Of a DNA stretch of 64,000 nt, positions 1 through 12,296 are shown in pieces. The notes below the pieces were generated by a model that saw only the letters and a program-made list of their open reading frames with translations, was not told the origin of the DNA and searched no databases. Source of the stretch: Octopus sinensis. Lineage: Eukaryota. Both the position numbers and the translations under genes were made by a program. Where the stretch lies: NCBI RefSeq assembly GCF_006345805.1, contig NW_021832998.1, positions 4,676 through 68,675 on the forward strand, given 5' to 3'. Positions within the stretch are counted from its first letter, which is position 1. Each line of letters begins with the position of its first letter.

Positions 1-459
1 AGTAGAACCGAACCTGAGACCATCTGGTTGAGAAGTTAATTTCTTAATAGCGTCGCCACGTCTAAACACCGAGAACAGGTGAATCCAAGCAAGATTGTGG
101 ATGGAACTAACTTTTCCCGACAGAGTCTCATATTCTTTTATGCTTCTGTTCGTTTCAGTATCAAATCTGATACATATTCTATCAGTTTCTTTTTTGCCAA
201 ACTGCTAAGTCATGGAAATGTAGAGAAACTCACGCTGGTTGAGTCAAAAATATATATATATATATATATCAACCATTTTATGCTGCCACCGTCGTCATCA
301 TCATCATCATCATCATTTTAATGTCTTCTTTTCCTTGCTTGCATGGATCAGACGGAATTTATTGAGGAAGATTTTCTAAGTCACATGTTGTTCCTGTCAT
401 CAACCTTCATTTATTTTCAAGCAAGGTAGTATTTCCCGACGGCCTGATATGTTTTTGTG

Positions 460-1030
460 GAGGCTGTGTGGTAAGAAGCTTGCTTCCAAACCACACGGTT
501 CCGGGGTCAGTCCCACTGCGTGGCACCTCGGGCAAGTGTCTTCTACTATAGCTGTGAGTGGATTTGGTAGACGAAAACTGAAAGAAGCCCGTCGTGTATG
601 TATGTATATATATATATATATATATAGGGAGAGTTCACGAAAAAAACAAAAGACGAAGACAGGTGGTGTAGAAAACAAACAGATGTATTAGTATAACGCT
701 CAGGAATAGAAAAAGTCTTTTACGTTTCAAGCCTATGCTCTTCTACAGAAAGGGACTCAGAAAAAAAATGTGTAGTGGCCACCGATCTATCACGGAGATT
801 ATATATATATGTATATATTTGTGCGTCTGTGTTTGTCTCCCACCATCGCGTGACAACCGACGTTGGTGTGTTTACATTCCCGTAGCTTAGCTGTTGGGCA
901 AAAGAGACCGATAGAATAAGTACCAGGCTTACAAAGAATAAGTCGTGGGGTCGATTCCTTCGACTAAAAGGCGGTGCTCCAGCATGGCCGCAGTCAAATG
1001 ACTGAAACAGGTAAAAGAAAAGCAAAAGAA
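460..1030 (+). mobile_element. tRNA-derived SINE family B, with a Penelope-like module inserted in its internal (TA)n
   Basis: Head GGCTGTGTGGTAAG...GGGTCAGTCCC, body GGCAAGTGTCTTCTACTATAG, tail GGCGGTGCTCCAGCATGGCCGCAGTCAAATGACTGAAAC. Other copies: 15345-15950, 51428-51930, 54072-54472 (+); 45595-46000, 32300-32610, 44190-44380, 59150-59290 (-). Confidence 0.85.
717..752 (-). ncRNA. Variant minimal type-I hammerhead motif (CUGUAGA core) in a Penelope-like module (627-770)
   Basis: Minus strand: CUUU-CUGUAGA-AGAGC AUAG GCUU-GAAAC GUA-AAAG. Homologues at ~15637-15672 and ~44066-44100 (CUGUUGA core). Confidence 0.5.
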
Positions 1031-1555
1031 CAATGTATGAAGCCGAGACAGATGTACTAACATCACGTCATGCAACAAGCTTCTGCTGATAAATATCTAA
1101 GGGAAATAATTCAATATTAATATGCAATTAGTTATGTCCCTTACAAAATCCTTTTTCGATTTCCGTTTATTCTTTTTAGTCGTGGCATCTCAATGCTCAA
1201 ATGTACTTTATTTTATCGACCAGGAAAGGACGAACGGTAAAGTCGATTCAGCGGAATTTGAACTTAGAAGATAGAGAGCCAGAAGATATTCCAGCAAGGT
1301 GCCACTGCAAGGCACGTACCAGCTCGTCTTCAAACTTGTAATAATGGTTTCTGATATAGACACATACGCGACTGTTTTGAGGAGAGGGCAGGTGATATAA
1401 TCGATCTCAGTATCGATCAGGAAGGAACTAAATATAAATTCGATCTCGGCGGGATTTGAACTTAGAACGTTAAGAATCAGAACAAATACTGCAAAGTTAC
1501 TGTTATCCAAAAGGCACGTTTCCACATGCATCTATTGTGTTATATTCACTTCTAA

Positions 1556-2050
1556 GACGAGCTGGCAGAAAGGTTAGCACGCCGGGCGAAATGCGTAGCC
1601 GTATTTCGTCTGTCTTTACGTTCTGAGTTCAAATTCCGCCGAGGTCGACTTTGCCTTTCATCCTTTCGGGGTCGATTAAATAAGTACCAGTTACGCACTG
1701 GGGTCGATGTAATCGACTTAATCCGTTTGTCTGTCCTTGTTTGTCCTCTCTGTGTTTAGCCACTTGTGGGTAGTAAAGAAATAGGTATTTATAAATAACT
1801 CCGCCATCTCGGCATCAACTTCAAACTTTTAATAATAATAATGGACAGAAAGCTGCGAGTTGGCAGAACCGTAAGCACGCCAGGCGAAATGCGTAGCCGT
1901 ATATCGTCTGCCGTTACGTTCTGAGTTCAAATTCCGCCGAGGTCGACTTTGCCTTTCATCCTCCTTCGGAGTGGATTAAATAAGTACCAGTTACGCACAC
2001 TGGTAGATATAATCGACTTAATCCGTTTGTCTGTCCTTGTTTCTCCCCTT
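1556..2050 (+). mobile_element. Two copies of tRNA-derived SINE family A (the most abundant family; central domain resembles Meta-type SINE cores)
   Basis: GGCGAGCTGGCAGAA..GTTAGCAC A-box head, GAGTTCAAATTCC B-box, core GACTTTGCCTTTCATCCTTTCGGGGTCGATTAAATAAGTACCAG. About 20 or more copies in the window, e.g. 14635-14868(-), 28871-29075(-), 30106-30338(-), 30424-30765, 56143-56550. Confidence 0.9.
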
Positions 2051-2184
2051 GTGTGCGCGTGACGGGCTTCTTTTAGTTTCCGTCTACCAAATCCCACTTT
2101 GGTCGGCCTGAGCCTGTAGTAGAAGATACTTGCTCAAGGTGCCACGCAAAGTGAAACTGAACTCAGAATCAAGCATCTCACCAC

Positions 2185-2545
2185 ATCATCATCATCATTT
2201 AACGTCCGTTTTCCATGCTGGTATGGGTTGGATGGTTTGACTGAGGACTGGAAAACCAGGAGGCCGCACAAGGCTCCAATCCGATCTGGCAATGTTTCTA
2301 CAGCTGGATGCCCTTCCTAACACCAACCATTCCGATATTGTAGTGGGTGCTTTTTACGTGCCACCGACACAGGAGCTAGTCAGGCGGCACTAGCATCGGT
2401 CACGTTCGGATGGTACTTTTGACGTGTCACTGGCACAGGAGCAAGTCGGAGTGGGGTACTGGCATCGACGACGTTCGGATGGTGCGTTTTACGTGACAGC
2501 GGCACGGGGAGCCAGTCTCGCGGCACTGACAACGACCCACGCATG
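2185..2545 (-). mobile_element. SINE family D with internal ~45-bp tandem units and a (GAT)n tail
   Basis: Tail (in element sense) AACCC..GCTAGCATGGAAAACGGACGTTAAATGATGATG and repeated GTGCCGGTGGCACGTAAAAAGCACC-like units. Other copies: 8100-8262(-), 8770-9210(+), 11620-11760(-), 13060-13368(+), 17127-17545(-), 28228-28660(-). Confidence 0.8.
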
Positions 2546-3070
2546 AATACTTACAATTTCCATTTTTGATTTCGAAATTGTTTCAAACACAACACGAAGG
2601 AAGAAGAATTATATGGATGCAACGGCCAATCTGCAGTTTCGTTAATAAAGAGCAGCGAGCGAAACATTGCCATTATTAATTCGTGATCAGCAAAAAAAGC
2701 AGAATTAACTTTAAATAGAAACACCTGTTTACCATATTTTTTGTGTAGATACATAGTGAAAGGGCAAATTTACTGTTGTGTTCATCCGGAGATAGTCTCT
2801 CATATGCACTCGCTGTGTTAGTAAGCACAATATATATATATTTCTTTACTACCCACCAGGGGGCTAAACACAGAGAGGACAAACAAGGACAGACAAAGGG
2901 ATTAAGTCGATTACATCGACCCCAGTGCGTAACTGGTACTTAATTTATCGACCCCGATAGAATAAGTACTGGGCTTACAAAGAATAAGTCCCGAGGTCGA
3001 TTTGCTCGACTAAGGCGGTGCTCCAGCATGGTCGCAGTCAAATGACTGAGACAAGTAAAAAAAATATATA

Positions 3071-3465
3071 TCTCTATATATAAAAGAGAGGTTGTGTGTC
3101 TGTCTCCTACGATTTAGATTCCTAACTACTCCCACATTTTGCGGTGCAGTTTAACCAAATCCGGGTATCTTATAGTCGTGATTCATATCGAGCCCTTCTG
3201 GGTATTAGCGCGCGGCTACGATGAGTCTACGATTTAAAAAATAATTTACCATCATTTTTTCCCGTTTTAATCCATCTTTTCGCTATTATATAAGGGAAGT
3301 AACTCTCTAAAAATGTCTACGATGAGTCAACGATTTAAAAAAAAATTTACCATAATTTTTTTTCCATTTTTAGTGCATTTTTTTGCTACTTTTTGGCTAT
3401 AAATCTCTAAAAATGCTTATATAGTTATTTCCCTTACAAACCCGAGCAACGCCGGGCGATACTGC
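3071..3465 (+). mobile_element. Non-autonomous Helitron (3' CTAG missing here); duplicate at ~18071-18465
   Basis: 5' TC-TATATATAAAA start and 3' hairpin CCCGAGCAACGCCGGG. Same family as the complete copies at 32745 and 44764. Confidence 0.8.
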
Positions 3466-3815
3466 ACGTAAGCGAAAGCAGGATATTGCCGTCGCTCGTC
3501 TCTGTCTGTCTGTTCTCAAAATCACTGAAAAACGACAGAATGGATTTTCGTCAAATTTAGCAGAAATGCTCATTGGGTGAGTGGCTCGAATTCATTGTTT
3601 TGGCTTGAATTTTTTCAAAATTGGCGGACAAGTGAATCAAAATGTTTTTTTCCCGACCTTTGTCACAAATACATAAATGATAAGCAGGGGAAATAACTCT
3701 TGATGTAATTTTGTTGAAAAATGAATTCGTCTGAGAATATATTAAGTGAAATTATATTTTATTTTGTCCTTGTGTGAGCGTCGGGTATGCATCGCCCCTC
3801 CAATGCCTTTTTGTT
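3466..3815 (+). mobile_element. Helentron/DINE-1-like non-autonomous element (HINE-like)
   Basis: AGCGAAAGCAGGATATTG start, (GTCT)n, TGGATTTTCGTCAAATTT motif, and a terminal GGGTATGCATCGCCC hairpin followed by a T-run. Confidence 0.5.
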
Positions 3816-3984
3816 CGTTCCTTTTTATATCCCCTTGGAGCATTCAGGGAGGGTTAGTATCTTGTGAGTGGGGCTAGTCGCTAGTATGGACCCCATACTG
3901 TTGACACATCAAATAGCTGGAACAATCTCAGACAAGGACACTGCACGGGATGATGGGCATTTGCTGGAAGGACAGTGTGACGAA

Positions 3985-4800
3985 TCAAGAAGTACTGAGT
4001 CAATGTTGCTGAAGGCTCAGCGACGCTGGACTGGCCATGTCATCAGAATGACTGACAACCGTGTTACCCAGGCAGCTGTTGTGTGTTGAGCTCATGCAGG
4101 GCTCATGCAAAATGAGGAAAACCTAAACCGAGGTACAAAGACACTTTGAAAAGTAACCTCAAATGGAGAAGCATTGGAGCAGATGAGCTTGAGGCCTCTG
4201 CTGTCGACAGATCAGTCTCTCATCTCATGAGCAGCAGCTGCCGTGGAGGCACAATGGCCCAATGGTTAGGGCAGCGGACTCGCGGTTTCGATTCCCAGAC
4301 TAAGCGTTGTGTGTGTTTATTGAGCGAAAATACGTAAAGCTCCACGAGGCTCTGGAAGGGGGTGGTGGTGACCCCTGTTGTACTCTTTCGCCACAACTTT
4401 CTCCCTGTTTCTTGTCCCCGACTTCCTACGCAACCGCTGAGCCTGGATGTGCATTCATCCATCCGTCAATGCTCTCGGTGTCGGGGGTTAACCTGCTTTC
4501 TCTTCTGCGGGTCTTACGAATAGCAAAGGACCACGTTTCGGACTTCTCCCATCTTGCGAGCTCTGGGACGAAGACCGTTCGCTCAACTGCAACAGCAGCA
4601 GCTGCCTTTGAAGAGGATCGGTAACAGAATCTTGATGCTGCAAGAAAACGACATCACAGGGCAGTATCTGCCTCAATCAAGTCAACAGACTATTGCTGTG
4701 ACATCCGTGGGCGCCAGTGTGCCTCCAGATTTGTACTGCAGGGTCATGACCACTCTCATTGCTGAGAACACAGACTTTGTCATCATCAGGCACTGATGGA
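3985..4800 (+). mobile_element. RTE-clade LINE 3' fragment (decayed), interrupted by SINE family C at ~4245-4557; duplicate ~18985-19760
   Basis: Translates across frameshifts as ESMLLKAQRRWTGHVIRMTDNRV...KPRYKDTLKSNLK...AVDRS...AAAAFEEDR...CCDIRGRQCASR, a typical RTE C-terminus. Confidence 0.85.
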
Positions 4801-4870
4801 CTACCTATTATATGTATATGTGTGTATGTGTATATATATATATTATGTGTGTGTGTGTATATATATATAT

Positions 4871-5155
4871 CACCGTGACCGACCAGGCTATCAGATGTTG
4901 CTACACATCGCTGGTCACAATGCGCTTCGCATTGTTTTAGCCTTCAAATGACGCCACCCTGCTGGCTAAGCGAGCAGGCCAACAGAAGAAAGAGTGAGAG
5001 AAAGTTGTGGCGAAAGAGTACAGCAGGGTTCGCCACCACCCCCTGCCGGAACCTCGTGGGGCTTTAGGTATTTTCGCTCAATAAACACTCACAATGCCCC
5101 GTCTGGGAATCGAAACCGCGATCCTGCTGCCCTAACCACTGGGCCATTGCGCCTC

Positions 5156-5157
<2 letters not shown>
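4871..5157 (-). mobile_element. tRNA-derived SINE family C
   Basis: Head GGAGGCGCAATGGCCCAGTGGTTAGGGCAGC...GGTTTCGATTCCCAGAC. Copies at 4245-4557(+), 11803-12105(-), 19246-19515(+), 19831-20116(-), 25012-25309(-). Confidence 0.85.
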
Positions 5158-5187
<30 letters not shown>

Positions 5188-5192
5188 CATAC

Positions 5193-5710
5193 ATGCGTAA
5201 CTGGTATTTATTTAATCGACCCCGAAAGGATGAAAGGCAAAGTCGACCTCGGCGGAATTTGAACTCAGAACGTAACGGCAGACGAAATACCTATTTCTTT
5301 TACTACCCACAAGGGGCTAAACAAAGAGGGGACAAACAAGGACAGACAAACGGATTCAGTCGATTACATCGACCCCAGTGCGTAACTGGTACTTAATTTT
5401 TCGACCCCGAATGGATGAAAGGCAAAGTCCACCTCGGCGGAATTTGAACTCAGAACGTAACGGCAGACGAAATACTTATTTCTTTACTACCCACAAGGGG
5501 CTAAACACAGAGCGGACAAACACGGACAGACAAACGGATTCAGTCGATTACATCGACCCCAGTGCGTAACTTGTACTTATTTAATCGACCCTGAAAGGAT
5601 GAAAAGCAAAGTTGAACTCGGCGGTATTTGAACTCAGGACGTAGTGGTAGACGAAATAGCGCTAAGCATTTCGCCCGGTGCGCTAACGATTCTGCCACTC
5701 CTCCTGCCTT
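5193..5710 (-). mobile_element. Head-to-tail multimer of SINE family A (~185-bp period)
   Basis: TGCGTAACTGGTA-like motifs recur at ~5194, 5379 and 5563. Only the outermost unit has the A-box head. Confidence 0.85.
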
Positions 5711-5880
5711 TGGTCCGAGATGTTTTCTTCAACCTAAACGATGCCACCTGGTGGCTAACGCAATCTTAAATCTTGAGTTACCTCCACTTACCAACCATTT
5801 TCTTGGAAATATTTCCGGGTGTATTTGCTTTCACTTTGGATTGTTGCCGTTTCTCAGTTGAAGGAATTCAAAGACCAGCA

Positions 5881-6004
5881 ATGAATTTCACAGAAGCGGA
5901 GAAAAAAGATTGCTGTAATCTACTAAACCAATTAGATGACGAAGTCATTCTGTCGCTGACGAACACAGTCACCGGGAGATCCATCCAGGTCTCCAGTCGA
6001 AAAA
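5881..6004 (+). CDS. C3orf38: C3orf38-like protein, copy 1, coding exon 1 (MNFTEAEKKDCCNLLNQLDDEVILSLTNTVTGRSIQVSSRK)
   Basis: Resembles the human C3orf38 N-terminus ([27 protein letters not shown], recalled). Phase-1 donor A|GTAAAA at 6004/6005. A possible 5'UTR acceptor TTTCTCAG ends at 5857. Confidence 0.85.
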
Positions 6005-6287
6005 GTAAAAGAAGATTCTCTTTATTTACATTTTACTTCCAAAACTCTCAGGCTTCGTCTTATCTTGTCTTATCGTCAGAGGATCAGGGACCTGGGGGAA
6101 ATAATGATAATAATTATAATAATAATAATAATTATTATTATTGCACTCTAAACGTTTTATTTATTGGAAGTTAAATTGTATTTCCGGTTATAGAGTGGCG
6201 AATGGGTTCGAATCCGTTGAGCGCTTAATCGGTCTCCAATGACCGAGTGTTGTATATATAGTGTGTGTGCGTGTATATATATTATAT

Positions 6288-6341
<54 letters not shown>

Positions 6342-6640
6342 TACCATGTGTACTTCGTAAACACCAGTCGTTTTTTTTTCTCCATCTCTTGTTGCCCACT
6401 TTGGGATCTTTCTTTCCTCTCTCTTCCTTCTTTATGTTTCCGACGACGAGCTCCGCTCGAAACGTCATACCTTCATGCTTCCATTTTTCCTGAGCGCCTA
6501 TATTAATATAATACTGTAATTGTTCCACGTGTTGTTGTTTTTCTGTTTTCCCGTTGGATTAAAATTATACATATATATATATACATATATATATAATATT
6601 ATATATACACATATATATATATACATATATATACATATAT

Positions 6641-6942
6641 AATAATATTAATTAGAGACAAAACCACTATTTTGCAAAACAAACAAGGAAAGACTTAATC
6701 AATACATAAAATTTTAAAAAAGTAAAAAAAAACGCCACTACAATTGTTTCATGTCTTCTAATGACAATCTTCATAAATTGAAACTGATTTGAAAATCGGA
6801 AATCCACCTGAAGATTGTCATTTGAAGACATGAAACAATTGTAGTGGCGGCTTTTTTTACTTTTTATTAAAATTTTATGTATTGATTAAGTCTTTCCTTG
6901 TTTGTTTTGCAAAATAGTGGTTTTGTCTTTAATTAATATTAT
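6641..6942. mobile_element. Penelope-like inverted module (~130-bp arms) within (TA)n; copy-1 specific
   Basis: 6641-6773 is the reverse complement of 6809-6942. It contains a hammerhead motif and is absent from copy 2 (~21060-21190). Confidence 0.8.
6804..6847 (+). ncRNA. Minimal type-I hammerhead ribozyme
   Basis: CCAC-CUGAAGA-UUGUC auuugaa GACAU-GAAAC AAUU GUA^GUGG. Intact core, stem I CCAC/GUGG, palindromic helix III (ACAAUUGU). Confidence 0.85.
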
Positions 6943-7022
6943 ATAATATTTTACTATAAAATTGGATTTAATCCTAAATCTGATTTTTCCCTGTAATTTT
7001 GGATTTATTCCCTAATATTTAT

Positions 7023-7106
<84 letters not shown>

Positions 7107-8447
7107 TAGATATATATATACATAGATATATATATATATAAGTGAATGCGTGTGCGTGTTGCTTGTAAGGTATTGGCGAAAAACTACGGTTATACAGAAT
7201 TTGTTTATGTCATTTATGAAGCAGCCGTTTGGATGATTGATAACATATTTCTTTCGTTATTTTATCGCATCTGTCCACCTTTCTTTCGTTATTTTACCGC
7301 ATTTTTTGCCCCCAACAAATTCCTATATAATCAAAACCTACATTGTCTGAAGCATAACCGAGCTTTCGTTTTGGCATAGGCGAAGAAACAAAGCCGATAT
7401 GGGAATTTTTCGAAACTCCGCTCCCCTCTGTTCGGAAAACTTTTTCCCAAACAAATTCCGATATAATCGGAATCTACACCGTATTAAGAATATATGTAGA
7501 GAGTTTTATTAAAAAATATCCATTCTTCTGAAAGTTACGAGGAAACAAATTGCAGGGGGCACACTTGTGTAGGAATGCCTACAAAGTGTGTGGAGTTGCC
7601 GTCGGAGATTTGGCTGTTATTTCTAGCATGTGAAAGCCTGTTTAATGCGCAGAGTGTAACGAAAGGGTTTAAAAACATCCGTACATTCGCGACAGGTTAC
7701 TGTGTTTTTTTTTTTTTTTTTTGAAATAATTGAAATTAAAAATAAATTCTGCTGTTTCGTTTTAACTCGCAAAGTTGTCAACTGTTTTGTTCTTCAATTT
7801 CCATGAAAATCTTTTATTTATTTACTTTCGTTTTAAAGTGAAGAGAGGAGGGTGCGGTGGGGGTCGGGGAAATTAAGTTTTGAAAGGCAAATTTATTTAC
7901 AAATTCGTAATCTCCGTAGCTGAAAATGTGGGTTTCTGTAAAAAAAAAACAAGTGGGGTGTGGCCAAGCGTGAATGCCTTACACTAACTGCTAGGCTATG
8001 CATCCTATAATATATGGCATGGAATTTATGTGGAAAAATATATTGGTTTCAATTTTTCCATTGTATGTATCCACCAAATTTTCATTCCTGCCTCTGTACA
8101 TCATCATCATCATCGTTTAACGTCCGTTTCCCATGCTCGCACGGGTTGGAATGTTCGACCGGGGTCTGGTAAGCCATGGAGGCTGCACCAGGCTCCAGTC
8201 TGATTTGGCAGTGTTTCTACTACTGGATGCCCTTCCTAACGCCAACCACTCCGAGAGTGTAGTCATTTGCACATTAGACTTTTACGCCTTTACCATACAG
8301 CTTTACAGTCCTTACTCAAATACAAGAGCCTGCATATGGTCATTTAACCCACTAGATGTAACAGCTAAATCTCCCTCAAATTACATCCTACTTTCTTGAC
8401 AAAGTTTGACACATTGGATTATGTTGTCCCAGATATGCAGTAGTTAA

Positions 8448-8667
8448 CCCTTTCGTTACCATATTTATTTTGAGATGCTCTGCATTTCTTTCAATTGTTT
8501 TAAATATAACAAAGAATTTAGTAAAATACTTAGTTATCATTCAGCTAGTGTTAGGGACATAAATTGCGACTAAGGTTTGGTGGAAGATTTTAATTCAAAA
8601 CTTATGCAAACAAGACATTTGTACTACAGAACCAGAGCTGGTTTCAGCCGGGTTGGTAACAAAAGGG
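8448..8667. mobile_element. piggyBac-type MITE; duplicate at 22559-22779
   Basis: TTAA|CCCTTTCGTTACC ... GGTAACAAAAGGG|TTAA: TIRs and TTAA target duplication. Confidence 0.85.
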
Positions 8668-9372
8668 TTAAGCTAAGTTTAGGATGGTCATGATGAGCAC
8701 TTTTGATTGTTATCTACTGAATTGAGTCTGGTATGAATCTAACCAACATTACTTACATGACCTTCACCCATGGACTCTGCTGCCAGTTGAGGCAAGTGAA
8801 ATCGAGGTCAAAATCAAACTCGGTGACTGGCATCCGTTGCTAGTGGAGCGCTAAGAGTACCATTCGAGTGTGATCGTTACCGTGTCGTCTTACTAACACT
8901 TGTGCTAGTGGCATTTGAAACATTTGAGCAAAGGTGTCACCAGTGCCGCTGGACTGGCTCCTGTGCAGGTGGCACATAAAAAGCACCATTTGGGCGTGGC
9001 CGTTGCCAGTACCACCAAACTGGCCCCCGTGCCGGTGGCACGTAAAAGCACCCACTACACTCTCGGAGTGGTTGGCGTCAAGAAGGGCATCCAGCTGTAG
9101 AAACTCTGCCAGATCAAGATGGAGTCTGGTGCAGCCATCTGGTTCTCCAGACCTCAGTCAAATCGTCCAACCCGTGCTAGCATGGAAAGCGGACATTAAA
9201 TGATGATGAAACCCTTTGTTGTCTAAGATATAACAATTTCAGGTTCCTTTCTACTCTCAGATATAAGAATTTATTCATTATCTATACTGGTAACAAAAAA
9301 TAAAGAATGAATACGAACAATTTTTCTGTAATTAACGCAAATGTGATTTATTTATTTTTGTTTCCATTGCAG

Positions 9373-9596
9373 AAGCTATTGATGCCATCCTCTCGTTTTC
9401 TATGTCAGCGAGAGAACTTTTGAACCGAAAGAAAATCACACGAGATTACCTGAAGCAGTATCTTCTCAGTCAAAAAGTTTCAGTGTCTGGTAATTCAACA
9501 AAACAGGATTTAATTTCTCGAATTTTAGAATATTGGTCTGGAGAAAGGATTTCTTATCCTGCAGTCCAATCCCCACCCAGGGAGCAAACCCATTTG
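9373..9596 (+). CDS. C3orf38: C3orf38-like protein, copy 1, coding exon 2 (AIDAILSFSMSARELLNRKKITRDYLKQYL...EQTHL)
   Basis: Acceptor TTTCCATTGCAG ends at 9372 and is in phase with exon 1. Donor TTG|GTAATT at 9596. Resembles the C3orf38 segment [24 protein letters not shown]...YW. Confidence 0.88.
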
Positions 9597-10598
9597 GTAA
9601 TTTTCTGACCTTTTCTTTTTTAAACTTTTCTCTAACTTTGGATGAAGATCAGCAATTTTCAGGAGAGGGCTAAGTCAATTACATTAACCCCAGCGCTCCA
9701 TTGGTAATTATTTTATTGACCTTGTGAGGCAAAGTTAGCCTCAGTGGCTTAGCATTTTGTCTGGTACATTGACAGTTCCATCAGCTCTCTATCTTCCTTC
9801 TTTTTTAAATGATTGACTGTCAGCTACCTAATCAAGACATCCTACCTCCTAAACTCTACGAGATACTTCAATTCATCAAACTATTTATGAGTTCCCCCAG
9901 AGTTTTGCAAGCTGTCCCTGGCACTAGATCCGTTTCACCCTTGATCCATCTAAGACAGCTAAGCACATGACTTTAATGTGTTTCTTTTACATCCCATACA
10001 CAACAAAACTACATAACAGCCCCAATTTTCCAGGTGCTCCACACACAGGTGTGATATTACCTGTACTAGTGAACAGCAATACCTAGAGGAAAGTCCTGAC
10101 TGTCACCAACTGGATGGTATTTACCCAGTTTTAAAATACCTTCAAAACTGCCATCTGCAAAGCAAACATCTTGCAAATTCTTTCCTCTCCTGAAATTCAT
10201 TTGGTCTTTTTGACCCAGAAACAGAAGATTATCCACCATCTTTGTAGAATTCTCCTATGCTTTTAATTTCCAATGAAGATGGCACTGTAAGCAGTGCTCA
10301 CATTTGTGCAGGAAACATTTGCACTTGCTGTCACTTTTTTTTTACAGCTCTGTAATTCACACTCCTTGCAATTACTCATCGAAAACTTCCTCTTTTCAGT
10401 CAAATATCATGTGTTCAGCATTGTCCTACCTACAATATATAACTTTCTCAACTTGACTGGGTACACTGTGTCTCATTCTCACTCTCTCTCTCTCTACATA
10501 CATACATACATACAAACATACATGTGTACATACATACATATATACATACACACATGTGAGTCCACTGCCCTAACCACTGGGCCATTGCACCTCCCATA

Positions 10599-10632
<34 letters not shown>

Positions 10633-10679
10633 CATCATCATCATTTAATGTCCGTTTATATGCTAGCATGGGTTGGACG

Positions 10680-10718
<39 letters not shown>

Positions 10719-11054
10719 GAAAGTTTACGAAAATAAACAAAAGACGAAGGCAGGTGGAGTATAAACAAACAAATGTATTAGTATAGCGCTCAGGAATAGA
10801 AAAAGTCTTTTATATATACATATTGTTACAATATCATAAATCAGAAGATACCTATAAAATATAGAGTAGTTGTTTATTTTTGTATATGTAATGTAATAGT
10901 TTAGAAAAAAAAAACCCATTGGTTTCATATCTAGTGTGAACTAGACACCTCTTCAATTTTTCTAAATGATAACCAAGGAATATTTCCTGAACTATCACTG
11001 GTGTTCTTGTATTTAAAAAAAAAAACATTCTTTGCAGAGGGCAGTTATTGTTTA

Positions 11055-11108
11055 GAAAAACTGAAGAGATGACGAGTTCACGCTAGATATGAAACCAATA
11101 GTTTTTTC
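11055..11108 (+). ncRNA. Minimal type-I hammerhead motif; degenerate inverted partner at ~10905-10965 (-)
   Basis: GAAAAA-CUGAAGA-...-GAAAC CAAUA GUU^UUUUC. The partner has stem II GUGUCUAG/CUAGAUAU but a UUGAAGA core. 10885-10975 and 11045-11125 are inverted. Confidence 0.65.
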
Positions 11109-11122
11109 CCTAAACTATTATG

Positions 11123-11168
<46 letters not shown>

Positions 11169-11175
11169 TTATATA

Positions 11176-11545
11176 CTAGCTGTTGGACCTGGCATTGCTT
11201 GTGTTTACCGTGTTGAAGTTAAGCCCACCTCTAACCTTGTATTGAATAACCATTTCCTCAGAGACTATTCTATTGATGTTGTTGAAATTTTATATGTAAA
11301 AATATGCAAAAGCTCCAGGAAAAAATAACATAGTTATGTGAATTTCCACTCAAACACCTGATTGAGCTCAGAGAAATCGATGCCACCTGAGCATTTGTGA
11401 GTTTTTGAAAAATTCTGGCCTCATTTGAACTTCAGGGCATGTGATTTACCTATGTGCCGAAAATCATTAAAATCGGTTGGATGGTGTGGGAGGGGTTAGA
11501 GTAACTCCAAACACACAGACAGACAGACAGACTCCATTACATATT
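11176..11545 (-). mobile_element. Non-autonomous Helitron-like element (second family); copy-1 specific
   Basis: A|CTAG at 11175-11179 followed by a degenerate GC hairpin; AAAATCGGTTG motif and (CAGA)n near the other end. Confidence 0.5.
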
Positions 11546-11558
11546 TATGTGTGTGTGA

Positions 11559-11589
<31 letters not shown>

Positions 11590-12125
11590 GATACACACAC
11601 ACACATATACATATCATTATCATCGTTTAACATCCGTTTTCCATGTTGGCATGGGTTGGACGGTTCAACTGGGGTTTAGGAAGCCAGGAGGCTGCACCGG
11701 ACTCCAATCTGATCTGGCTATGTTTCTACAGCTGGATGCCTTTCCTAATGCCAACCATTCCAGAGGGGACTAGCAATATATATATATATATGTATAACCG
11801 TGATCACCGTGACCGACCGGGCTATCAGATGTTGCTACCCATCGCTGGTCACAATGCGCTTCGCATTGTTTTAGCCTTCAAATGACGCCACCCCGCTGGC
11901 TAAGCGAGGAGGCCAACAGAAGAAAGTGTGAGAGAAAGTTGCGGCGAAAGAGTACAGCAGAGATCGCCACCACCCCCTGTTGGAGCCTCGTGGAGCTTTT
12001 AGGTGTTTTCGCTCAATAAACACTCACAACGTCCGGTCTGGGAATCGAAACTGCGATCCTACAACCGCGAGTCCGCTGCCCTAACCACTGGGCCATTGCG
12101 CCTCCACACACACACACACACACAC

Positions 12126-12177
<52 letters not shown>

Positions 12178-12296
12178 ATCCTATATACTGACTCACTCTG
12201 ACTATATGCACTGTCTTATCCAGTCTATACACCCTGTATCTTATCCTCTTCTCTATATACGCTATTTGATATTTCTCTTTTTGTTTTTATTTCTAG

